A stretch of DNA of 64,000 nt from NCBI GenBank assembly GCA_964035545.1, contig OZ037765.1, positions 7,760,698-7,824,697 of the forward strand, read 5' to 3'. Shown piece after piece: positions 24,401 through 39,091 of the stretch (position 1 is the first letter of the stretch; each line of letters starts with the position of its first letter). Source of the DNA: Bugula neritina. Lineage: Eukaryota; Animalia; Bryozoa. A model generated the notes under the pieces. It was not told the origin of the DNA and did not search any database. It saw only the letters and a program-made list of their open reading frames with translations. A program made the translations under genes and the position numbers.

Positions 24401-27400
24401 GCTTCGTAAGGGTGCTCCTACGGATGGATTTGTGTTTTCGGTTGTGGTTTCCTTCGATGTAACTGTTTCCAAACTCGAATGAAGAATCCAAATTCGAAGC
24501 TATGGAAACTCAGTGATTGTAACATGGAGAGCAGTAGAAGAGGCATCATAATTTGTATTTCACGTGTTCTAGTAGATTTGTAAGCAAGTTGCTATTTATT
24601 AGCTAAGTGTACCATTTTTATCCTTTTTAGTGGTGTACCTGGTAATCCCGGGTAACCAGGAATAATGCTTACCTCTGAAGCGTTGGTCTGGCAAAGCAGA
24701 CTATGAGTATTCATTCCATGCTGCTATGGGATACATCACTGTAAATAGTCTGAAGCATATGTTTGTAATAAACTAGTGGGGAAAGTATAACATTTTTGTT
24801 ATGACATGTGTGAATGTATCTCATTCTACATACAGGTTTATGATTGTGTGAATGCAAGAAACTTACTTGACGTCAAGGACTATTTAGTAGGGGTGGTTCT
24901 GCCACCCCACCTTTCTCCATTCATAGAAGAGGGTGAAGATGACTATGTGCCACCAGAAAGAGTGCAGCTTTTGAATAGAGCTGAAGACGAAGGTATGCTG
25001 CCTGTAGTTCCGGGTTCAATGTGTAATGTCCAGGGTCTAGAATGCAATACATGCTATTAAATATGTATTGTAGAATTTCGAATAGAATTTGCATAGCAGC
25101 AGCTATCAATTAAGTTGCTGATTCTTCAAAGTAAAAAATCTAAATCTGTTGATAGTGTGATAGTGCTGCATACGTCAGGTGTTACTGAACCCTGGTGCAC
25201 CAAGTATCTGCTGCATGTTATAAAATCTGCTTAACTTCACGTGTTACATTGCCTCATGCCTGCCTGCCAAGCACAATAATTTGATGTGCTAGTAAACTGT
25301 AGCTGAATGAAGCACACCAACTGTGTCCAAACTCAAGGTTTTGTCACTCAGTATGAGTATGTGTGTGCTTGCCATCATCACTGGGAGGCAAATCATCACC
25401 ACTAATCTGTAGCTTGTAATATGCAGGGTCGTCCACCATTTTGCACTGCTGTTGCTCAATATGCAAGCTGCAAATCTTGTTTTGACTCATAAACCGTTAT
25501 ATCCTAACATGTTTCCTGCCTGCAATGTAGAGATTAGTCTGTTATAATCTCATGCTGGTTGGTATTAGGAAAGTTCACTAGGAAATGGCTTCATTAGCCT
25601 GCGCTTGTAGAATATAGTACATGTTGACTAGTATATTCTTATTAATTTAATCAGCATATTTGTAACACAAATGTTGGTGATAAAGTTTTTGTTTAGGAAT
25701 TTGATTGCTTAAGTCAATATTTCAAAACTTTTTTGTTTCAATATTTACTATTTAGTAGCTCTACTTGCATATTATTGCACCTGTTGTAATGTGGTTATCT
25801 GTTGTTTACTCAGTTACATACATGTGACCTATTTGTTCAATAACTCAATAATAAAGGAGGTATAACGCCTGATTAGTCATTGCCCAACGCAGGAATGGTG
25901 TTTATTTTATGATACTGCCCACAATAAAAGTATTTGCTTTTAATTTGTTATTGTACTCTTTAAATTAGTTGATGTTATGGGGTGTTGAATGTAAAAGTAA
26001 GGTATTAATTTGTCAAGTGAATCAAAAGACTTGAAATTCTAATTATCTTTCAAAAATATTTTTAAAATTTATATATTTTTCAGCTATATAATATTTGGAA
26101 CTACTGGAGCAATAAAATATAAAAGAGTGATAGTCATGGGTTCATATCTATATATACTCGTATAAACCTACATTAGTATTGCCATTTTGTTATAAAAGTA
26201 TACCATTTTATTGCCATATTAAGTTTGAGTAGCACTAGTGTAAATATATCAGAAACTGTCCTGTCTTATTGTTGCTATGACTTACTGCTATGTACTTACT
26301 ATATTTTGTTCTCATTTATTCAGAGGTGGAGATGGAAGAAGAGATACAAAGTGATGAAGATGGAATTGAAGATGGTGAAGAGTTGCAAAATTCTTCAGGT
26401 ATTCTTTACTAAAGTTTGAGTAAAGTTAACATTATTGAAGCATTTGCATGGTATTCACACAAATTCTGTGGCTTAATGAATCAGTTTTTAGTACTAATAC
26501 TTGCTTTCTGTTAAACACCAACATATGTTGCTATAGCAAATAAAATGGCAGGTTAGTAGGGCTGTTACAATATTGAGTAAATTTTTAAATTATAATATGA
26601 GCAGTTTATTTTTGTCTACTACAATATTTTTTCTACTACGGCATTAAGGTGTGCCTTGGCATTGTCTAGCAGCTTCCGTAGCTTTAAAAATCCAAAATAG
26701 CGAAAATCCATTAAACTTGTGCATGTTTTTGTCGCATCTAATCCCTTTATATAATGTTTGACATCATTAAAACTCCTCAACCAAATTATTTTTGAGTGTC
26801 AAGTTCAATTTTAGGAAAACTAAGTCACAATCAATTTACTTTTCCATTTAAGGATTTCTTACAAGGCCTCATCCATCATTCTCAAGGCATGTTTTGTTCC
26901 ACATCATCACACACAGTAATTAAACCTAAGAACAATCTAGAATTGATCAAGACTTAGTGTTGTATAAGGGTTCACTGCTCAGTGAATAATATTCTACATA
27001 ATATCACGTTTAACTAGGTTGTTTACTTTCAAACCTCCAACCATATAAGCTTTAATGTGTAAAGTGACTTCCACTAAGAAGCTGTTATACCTGCCTGAGT
27101 AAAGATAAGAGAATTATGCAGTGATATATGCACAACTGTGCAACAGTCAACATAGTTAACCCATGCATGACACTAACAGCCTGCACTGCATCAGTCGACT
27201 TGTTATTGCAAGCCATTATCTCAAATATAATTTGACCTTTTGTCAACATGTTTATGGGGAGTTGTGTACATAATGAACTCTTTCATCCAGGTATTCCCTA
27301 AGTAAGCCCAGCTCACCAAGACTTATCTGAAGCTTTTTTATAAAAACAACTCGGCTAATGAATAGGGGCCAACACCATAATTGATTACTTATGAAGGTCA

Positions 27401-29560
27401 ACAGTGAATAAGTGCTGCATGAATATAACCCTCCTGTTATTAATATTTATACCTGCCAACACAGTATTGCAACATCATCTTCAGTATTATCATCACATTC
27501 CATCTTCACAGTGGGCTGCTAGCATTTGCTTACGGTCATAACAGTGTCAACTCTATCTTGCTCATTTGACTCTCTTCTACTTTGCAAAGTTTTAATGTTT
27601 GCATAAGTTTGAGCAGAAATAAAAAAGTAGTGGGGCCAAATTTTTTCAAACCAAATTTTATGTTGTATAAACACGCGCGCGCGCGCACACACACACACAC
27701 ACACGAGTAATTTAAGTAGCCATAAAAATAAAGGTACTAAAACATAAACCAATCAGTTTTGTTACTGTTTTCTCAAAATTAGGATTGCTTTTGGCCAAAA
27801 CATAGTTTGCTTTTGCCGTGCAGCCATACATGTGGTTGCAATATGTTGTAGAAGAGGATGACGGAGTAGATATGGCATCTAATGAAGAGGCAGGGTCTGG
27901 CTCCGAAGCTAAACCAGAGCAGCCTAATAAAGTTAGTAGTCTATGTATCTAATCTAAAGATTACGCCTATATTTAGAACGATAATCTATAGTCTCTTTTT
28001 TTGCTACAAAAAGCTCATTCAGGGATAATTCACATTCCTCTAAGAGAATAATGTGCATTGTTGCAACATGTTTTATTTTTACAAATACCAGGTTCATCTT
28101 TTAAATCCTTTTCTTGATATCTGTGAGCTTATCGCCAGACAGTGCTGTTTGTCTTCAGACAGCCAATCACCATCATGTATTCTGAACATATGGTGTTTGC
28201 CCAACTGCCACGTCTCAGCAGTCTCTTTTTGGAAAGCACTTACCCCTCCTGATAGTTACTGCTGCTGAGTAGCTTCTATTAGATAGATTATCTGAATCAT
28301 CAGGCCCTCTCAAATCATAACAATATGTAACAATTAACAAAGGATTTAGCTAGTGAATAATATTATTACAGCTCTATTATAAGTATATTTCATCATTTCC
28401 AAGGTTCACCTCCGCTAGATATTAGAGTACTCTGTCGTCATGGAAACGTAGATGCTCTTAGTCATTGTTTACTTCAGTAGTGTAGTAAAAGTAGTCCCTG
28501 GCTTTATTATTTTCTGCAACTTTTTTAAGTTTAATTAGCAAAAGTCAGTATCAATTAAGTTTAAACAGGCTGGTGTCTTTGTAAACTGCTAATTACTCTT
28601 CTTCTAGAAGCTGGTTGTCTCTGCTGGAGTTCACGAAAAGGTAGATTATAACAAACTACAGCAAAAGCAGAAAGCTGAAGAGAAGCGATTGGCTGAAATG
28701 ATGATTCCAAAGAAGAACAAGCGTCTGTATAATAAGATCATGTACTCAAAAAAGAAAAAGGCCCAGGAGGTAGGTTGCAATATCTGGTACTATGTTGAGA
28801 TTAAACGAAAAGAAAGGGGGTGTAAGATACACACACTAATACTGTAGGTTACTAATACTAATCCCAATCACTTGGTAGATGTGTACCAAATCATTCTTTA
28901 TGAATAGTTTTCACCATAAATCTCACACAAATTCAGCATTAGTTTATAATACTATTTCTCAACATTTCATCCATCAAAAGATGTCTAAATTCAACTATCC
29001 ATTCAAATGTTGGTTGGCATCAAATTTAAATGTATATATTTGCATACAATTTTACTGAATGCCAATAAATATAAAATACACAAGTTGACATTGCCAGCTA
29101 ATCTGACGTAGGTTGTTGAGTTTTTGATTTGGTGAACTGCCAGAAATGTCTTTGCTGTGGGTTTTATTACTAAGTTCCTGCAATTCAAAAAGCCAGGTTT
29201 TCCTGTTGTCAAAAATTTCATGAATTTGATAAAGCATGATATAGACTCTCTGTAGAATATTGTAACTATATCGGGAGTTTTTCTATGTAGTATAGTATTT
29301 TATGTTTAATATGAAGATATATACAATATTTATAGCTAGTTGTGACATCTAATATGGCTAAGACCTGTTCACAAGTCAAAACAGTCACTTTGCTTACAGT
29401 CTCGCAAATTTAACTACGTGATAATTGAAGAGTTTTTTCCTAGAATTTTAACTTTCTCATTAAACCTTGAACGTTGTTATTTTAGGTTAGACAACTGACT
29501 GAAAAGAGGAAACAACATGATGCTACACAAAAAAGTAAAAGAAAGTTGACGAAAAATTAA
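18416..29560 (+). CDS. PES1: Pescadillo homolog (PeBoW complex, BRCT domain); 16 coding exons approx. 18416-18436, 19700-19779, 20301-20454, 20875-20984, 21189-21316, 21609-21653, 21971-22060, 22876-23058, 23599-23682, 23878-24011, 24180-24331, 24836-24992, 26324-26398, 27852-27931, 28608-28769, 29486-29560
   Basis: [102 protein letters not shown]. Confidence 0.94.
24385..24516. repeat. Short inverted-repeat element (degenerate MITE-like hairpin) in a PES1 intron
   Basis: TCGCTGCGTTTCCATTGCTTCG (24385-) is complementary to CGAAGCTATGGAAACTCAGTGA (-24516) with 3 mismatches; additional inner pairing. Confidence 0.55.
27671..27705. repeat. (CG)n(CA)n alternating purine-pyrimidine microsatellite
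   Basis: acacgcgcgcgcgcgcacacacacacacacacacg. Confidence 0.9.
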
Positions 29561-29959
29561 TGGAACTTTCATTTCAATAGAAGTCATGTATTTTTATTGT
29601 ACTGTTTAAAGCTACAAGGCTATGTCTCATCTTAATGCTTTCAAATGCAATACATTTATTAAACAAATTTCACTAAGATTCTGGTTTATATTAGCTACAG
29701 CTACTATTGAAGGTTGAATTGTCACTTATGATTAAAATGTTGTTAAGTATAATTGCTGCAAGAACCTTCTTGAAATTTCAGAATCATGACAGAAAATTGT
29801 GCAATAAAAAAATAAAATACACATTGCCTATTCTGTTGTTTCTATGCATCAACGCATTCCAATGGATAGGTACATATTAAATCATTTAAATGCACAATGT
29901 GCTAGCAGTTGGTTTTCTATGCAATGGGCAAATAGATATTTTGCGTGGTTATCTTTCCA

Positions 29960-30582
29960 TGTCATGAACTTTGATTGGCTGTAGGAATCGGCTGATATTT
30001 ACAAACCTAGAACCTTCTCGACCAATGACTCAAAAGCTCATGGTAAACACGGCGGAACACGTCATCTAATATGACAATGTTATTCGAGGTATAAAAGTCG
30101 GTTTGGACGCCTGGTGTTGTTATTGCTGAAAAACGTCTGCTTGTGTGTACTATCGGTGGGAAGAGCAGTCCTTGAGACTTGCAGAATAAGAGTAGCGGAT
30201 TGTTTGCAGCATAGAACAAATTAGTATTACTTCAATATTCTACCAATCAACGTTGTAGTCAAACTAAATGCAATACTGAGTTATAGTAGCATCTGTGATT
30301 CTGAATCTGATCGAGTGTGAGATTTCATTTCCTTTCAACTTGATACCCGTAGACGTAGTAAAACTAATACTATAAGTATTAGTATATCCATAAATTTATA
30401 GATAAAAGTTACAATATAAGTATATCGTTCAATACTGAAAACCGTCGAATTGAATTTAATAACTCTAGTCCAGCCGATATTCATACCATAATAGTCCTAG
30501 ACATTACTCCAAGAGCAAGACATTCACATTCTGATTGAGTTTGATATAGAAGACCTCACAGTTACTTTATACTCTGGGCTAG
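29960..30582 (+). promoter_or_regulatory. Candidate MNK promoter and non-coding first exon
   Basis: CCAAT boxes near 29974 (reverse), 30022 and 30243; CpG-containing patch; strong donor TAG|GTAAGT at 30582/30583 that could pair with acceptor TTTTAG at 31080. Confidence 0.45.
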
Positions 30583-31099
30583 GTAAGTTGAATTATTGGA
30601 CATTTGTAGTAGTGATAAGTAGGTAATAACGATATTAGATATGAGTAAAACGGAAAGTGTAACTATTACCATATTACTTTGTAATCTAACTATACTCTAT
30701 AGCCTATAAGTATAAGTATATGTAATATCGGAGTGAATGTCGTGTTGATCACTCAATAATTTGAATATATAAACATTTTTAGGTCTGTAAAAGTATTAAT
30801 GTTATATTAAATTGGATAGATTTGAAATTTTGGTAAAGTTTAATTAATCATTTAATGATTTAAACATCCACCTTTTAAAACAATCGTGATCTAATATTGA
30901 GTTCAGGATGTTAAATAACTATTACTAGACTATTAATATTACTGTAAGTATAAGTAAATTATTATGTGTTGAGTATCAATATTATTATACTAGTATTATA
31001 CTTATAGTGAGTATTGGTGTGTAGAACCGTGCAATGTGGGTAAATAGTCTTAGTTTTATACTCGTACTGGCTACTTTTAGGTGGAGTAAAGACTAAACA

Positions 31100-33287
<2,188 letters not shown>

Positions 33288-34624
33288 ACATATATGTTTT
33301 TAATCATTCCCGTCTTAACTATCTTAATATATCTTATGTCTAGTAACTGTTATGATGTGTATATAACATTACCTAATGCAATGATCTCAAATGTTTAAGT
33401 ATTTAGACAATTATAGTATTGTATATTATTGTACAGTCTTCTGTTAGCAAAGGTGCTCAATTTGTTGGTGTTCTATGTAATTGTATATGATTTGCACCAT
33501 GTACATAGTACATGATTTATTGTATTTTAAAAAACATTGACAATCGAAAAAAAAAATTCATCAAAAATGTCTTAAGGTGCTGTAAAAATATTATTTTACT
33601 GCTTGTTTGTATGAAATTTATGCTCAATCTTGTTACAGTTTGAATAAATCAAGTTTATTGAAATGGTTTAAGCTCTAGACTCAATTATGTTTGCAAATGT
33701 GGTTATTTAATGCAGAAGGAAAAATGACTATCAGAAAGAGGCAACAAAGGATGTTTTCTGAAAATATGAAACGGGTACATAATCATATATTATGGCTGCA
33801 CTGTAACTGCTGAGTAGTAACGAAGTACGTGTTCTTTGTCGGAAACCATCATGACTCGATGTTTTGGAAAATACACGTAGTAATCTTATTCATAACAAAG
33901 CCTAGTGTGTGTATGGCGCCAGCTCTTTAGCCCATGCTCTTGTTTTGAAGCAAGAAATATATTTGATAGCCCATACATTCCTCCCTGTTTAGTTCACATT
34001 ATCACTCTTAATATGAAACGTCATCATGTTGCGCACCTCCAACGTAATGAATACTTAGTATTGGTGCATGTGATGTTTTTATGCTTGGATGGCCAACTGA
34101 TACTAATTTCGTTTTGGCTTTGTTCCATCATACTATTTACTGCGTATTGACTTTTCTAGTGAGTCAATCCTGGTGCTGGAAATTTCTCGAATTTTATACG
34201 CAGTTGAAATAGAAGGAAGGGTGTTATTTACGGAACAGCCACAGAATGATTCTGTTATTTTGAAATGTTACGGTTTGCTAAATTGAAAAGCCTTCCGTTC
34301 AGTCAACTTGAGTTGACTATGAGGTTCACTTCAATAATTAGATCAGAGAGCTTGTTAAAAATTGTTGCATCACCCCCAATAACTGAGCACCAAATAAATG
34401 AACAAGTATCTGGATATTTTTTTAAAGTTCAACTAATTTTATAGCTACAACAAAATAATAAAGCACTTTAAAGCATCCAACATAAAAAGCCACAAAATGT
34501 ATCATAGTTTTGTCAATAAAATGCTGTAGGCTGCCAAATGATAGAAACAAAGTAGTTGTAGTAAAGAATGTAACTTAGTATGCCTTACACACAAACCTAG
34601 CGATAATGAACCCTAGGCATGCCC

Positions 34625-34964
34625 TCTAAGTCCAACTGCAGATAAATGGCCTCTGTTGTTGCTTACAGAGAAACACATTAAGTTGTGCTTGAGAGGCTAG
34701 CTGCACAGTAGCTAAAGCTTCAAGGTTGGCTTAGCTTTCTTGTATGTAGCAAACAAGCAATCATGGCTCTGCAACACTCACTTGTATTCTATTGAATACT
34801 TGCAGGGCTAACTTAATAGCATTAGTGACTGCTTGTTTGCTACATACAAGAAAGCTAAGCCAACCTTGAAGCTTTAGCTACTGTGCAGCTAGCCTCTCAA
34901 ACGCAACTCTGTGCGTTTGTCAGTAAGCAACAACCGCAGCCATTTATCTCCGGTTAGACTTAGA
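34625..34964. repeat. Long foldback inverted repeat (arms ~139 bp, spacer ~62 bp)
   Basis: 34689-34759 is the exact reverse complement of 34830-34900; outer arms 34625-34688 and 34901-34964 differ at about 14 of 64 positions. Confidence 0.9.
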
Positions 34965-37900
34965 TCATTATAGGGCCCAGTATGCCTGCAGATTTCTCTT
35001 GGAAATGATGTGGGTAGAGTTTCTCCAATGTATAACTAACTGGCTAGAAAGCAGCGTGTTACATTTGCAGAGTAAGTAAATGTACTACTACATTAATGTT
35101 GACAGTATTGTTTTGCTAATTTTGACTCCATCAATCCAGTAACTTCCGTGATAGGATGATAGCAGTCAGTAAAGTGTTTCCTTAGAGTAGGTCGGAAATA
35201 GATTTTGTTAATTATAATTTATACAAATGGAAATCCTGAACTTGAATCCATGGTAAAAACATACCTATTTTACTACTTGAGGAAATCTTATAGCATTCAA
35301 ATAGCCAGGAAAAATTCAAAAGCTGGGCTCCATAAACTGTTTTTTATAGAACTTTGTATAGTAGGCTAGATATTTTATATGTGGCCTACCCTACCAAAAA
35401 TTCCATGGAACCTTCTTGGGGAAATTTTGAATTTAATTAACCAGGTACATCTAGCTACCCACTTAACAAATTTATAGAAAAGCTTTTGTATTTTCTATTC
35501 TTCTGTTCACGATGGATAGTCATCCTTTTCATAGTTCCTTAATTGTGCTTTCCAAACAGACAAGTCACAAGTATGGGGTGATTGTGCTTGCTATATTTAG
35601 CCAATCACCACTAAGCAATGCAATAGACTGTGAGGCTTGTTACATAAAAATATACTGCTTCCTGTACAAATTAAAAGCAGTTTTATAACCAAGAAAATAT
35701 AGCTATTTCAAAAACAAATTTAGTTTCATAGAACTTGCTTTCTGCTGAATGCTTTCTCTCAAATACAAAACTGATATTTGTTGTTTTTAGAGTTTTGTAT
35801 ACTACTGGTGTTGTCTACTACAATTGCTGTTTTAGAAAAAAAATTAACTTCACAAAAATAAACCATAACTGCAAATTTTACAACCATCAGCTTAACTGTA
35901 TTTTCAGAAAGATTCTATATGCTATTGTATATTTTACCACAAATCCAATCTTGCATGGAATATTAGGCTGTCAAAATAATGTTTCTCTGCTTGTGCTATT
36001 AATTAACTGTTATTTACTTACAAGAAATAATATTACAGTGATTCAACTAAAATTTTAAAGGTGAGATCAAAACTTTTCTGTATGACAAATAATGAATCAT
36101 CCCACCTGTTTTTAACTCACATGATAACATACCATGTGACTAATTATGGTTACACTCTGAAACGGCACTATATTGAGCTGATGCAATACACATATAATGC
36201 TTATTCGTTAATAACACATGTTGTTACAACTGGTGTTCAAAGCCTGCTGTGAGAAATTAAATTTAACTAGAAACCGATAAGATTATCAGATTGGCAGGTT
36301 AACCAGTAGAAATGGGTACTTTGAATTGATTAATATATACATCATTCTTGTAAATAATTTCAGTTATAAAAAAATATTTATACATTGGTGTAGTCTTATC
36401 AGTACAAGTAGTTTGAAAACAGAATTAAAATTATTAATGTATTGCAGTAACATTATTCAGCACACATGGAATTTTTGCCTTTAAAATTGTGCTAGAATTG
36501 CAATGGTCAATTTTATTTACAGCCAACAAATCAATAGAATTTCCTAATAATATTTATATAACATGTAAAGTATAAGAAGAAATAATGTAGATAGAACTTT
36601 TGTTGTTTTGGATTCCTCATGTCCCAAAACCTGGTACCCTTAGCTTCACATTTATGTCAAATACAGTCATGGAAAACTGTTACACCATTCACCACCATAC
36701 TATAACATATAAGACCTGCTCACTATGCCTACATTATAGTGAATGTAGAATAATATATGTTGTCTAATGTATTCTTTCCATGCTTCCTGCAACCAAATTA
36801 AAATTGCATATTTGCATATCCATGGAACATAAGTATGCAATTTTAATGCATACATGTCCATACGGCATGTATGCATTTTCTGATGCAATGTATAGTGTAG
36901 TTGGCATAAAGCTACAATTATTCTGCTATCCATGAGCTGTTCAGTTTGCTGATGCAATCTGCTGTATTGACAAAGCAAATATGGCCATATAACTACAGCA
37001 TAATTTCTATATACATTGATTGCATTTGCTCAATGAGCACCATACCACCATAATACACAGAGCATATCAATGCCTTCTAAATAATAGCAGACCAATAATT
37101 TATTTTATATGGCACCACAATAGACTGGGAAATTACATTTATGGGCATTTACAAAGGCATTATTCTAATAAATGTAAAGCACTGGACGATAGATGCATAG
37201 AAGCAATAATTGTTTAACGAAATTTCCTAAAGCAATTTTTTTCAAAATTAAGCTTTGCCTTGGCTCGTATATAGAGAAAGCTTTTGATTTTTGGTCTGAT
37301 GAAAACTAGAAATTCCAGTTTTTTTTGCAAAGTGTGAAATACATGCACCATAATAACTTCTAAATGGTTTGACCTCAGCTTTGTTTCATTGTCAAAGTAT
37401 GCAGTAATGACATTGCATAAGCTTATCCATAGCCATCAACAATATTATAGGAATTATAAACTAAATTTAGTGAGTTATGCTAAAATGTGTAAAGTTTCAT
37501 AAAATGAAATAGTTTGAGACTTTAACTTATATAGGTTTAAATGTTAATTTGCTTGTGTATGTAGTAAGTACATATTATAATAATTATTGTTACACTAGTC
37601 ACTCTAGTGCAATGCACTTCAACATTATACTCATTTTAAATTATATTCAATTTCAATTTAATTTAAAAAGCCAATAGATATAGTTTTACATTTATATTTA
37701 GTGCAACATGTATGACAATATAGCCATTACCCTATTATAAAAGGCAAGTGAATAATAAGTTGGTGATGAAACTTCATGGCATTGACAGTTTGTAATTATT
37801 ATATTATAACCACTCACATGGCACCAGTTATATATTTTCAAACAAAAGTTGTCTTCTCTCAAACTATGTCGTTCACAGTGGTTTGATGCCCATAATATTA

Positions 37901-39091
37901 TAATCTAGTTGTAATAAAGTGTACCAAATCTATTTTAATATTAAATATATTGGTGAAACTATTAATAACATGTGATGACCACTTCATTTAATATAATATT
38001 GTCAAAAAATATAAATGTTATTTAAATAAATTGCTGAGACTAGTTTGTTTTCATAGAGCATGATTTTCTTCTGTAATAATCTATGGTTATACTATTATAG
38101 CCTACTAATGGGTTTTGCTTCTCTCTACTATACCAGAAAAGCTTTTGGGCAAGTGATTGAAAAATTACCTTCAACAAGGAAGGAAGATCAATTCATTATA
38201 TTTAACATATATATTTGATTCTTTTAGAATTTCTATTGCTGTTGTGAACTAATCTTGCCTACAAGCTTAAATACTCAAAATAGTTTCAATATCTATGGTC
38301 TTGGAAGAGATAAGGCCTGTAAGTGTGATGAACCACAGGCTACAAACATAGATCAGATTTGACTACAACACCATGAAATCATTGCTGGCACATCAACACT
38401 GTATGATTCAATAGCTACCACAGTTAATAAGTAAAGGCTGTAACCAGGAATTACTGGTAGATTTAAGGAATGTTGAATGTTATTTAAAATTATTAGCGTG
38501 TAGACATTTAATATTACTAATGAAAACACTACAATATATATTGACATTCCAGATGTCAGCAAATATAAATTAGAATAAGTGTTTTTTAATAAAAATAATT
38601 AAATAGTGAAGAAACAAAAAACAACAAGAGAGAACAATTTCTTCGCTACTGCTGATGGCAATACCAGAATACTACTACTACTGAGTTGTAAAATAAAAAA
38701 GGTAAATTCTGTAACTCCATTATCAAAACAGAGGTCTTATTCAACCTATACTGTAAAGAACACACAAAAAAAGAAAAAAATAATTTACTGCAGCCAAAAT
38801 ATTATGTAAAAGTATTATTAGTATAATCAGATAAATTACTGAAAAATTAGGAAAACCATATATTCACATATGGAAGTTAGCAACTTTAGAAATCAATTAT
38901 TTAAATTATGTACTGCCCTAATCATATAACTGAAAGCCTTTGAATACTAATACTAGATTCTTTACTGAATTTTACCATAAATATATTATACAATTTTTAT
39001 ATTGAACATAACATGAAAAATAAATAACAATAACAGTTTGATATAACAACAAAGTGTCTCACAGGATGACTAAAAGACATGTAGACAATTT

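Noticed and set aside
25344-25386. C-box/D-box pair (GTGATGA...CTGA) in a PES1 intron
   Set aside because: Antisense to the host gene and only ~34 nt between boxes. No convincing intronic snoRNA was found by eye in PES1 or MAK16.
33288-39091. Short ORFs in the MNK-CDS gap
   Set aside because: AT-rich, no recognisable motifs or exon chains; likely UTR or intergenic sequence.
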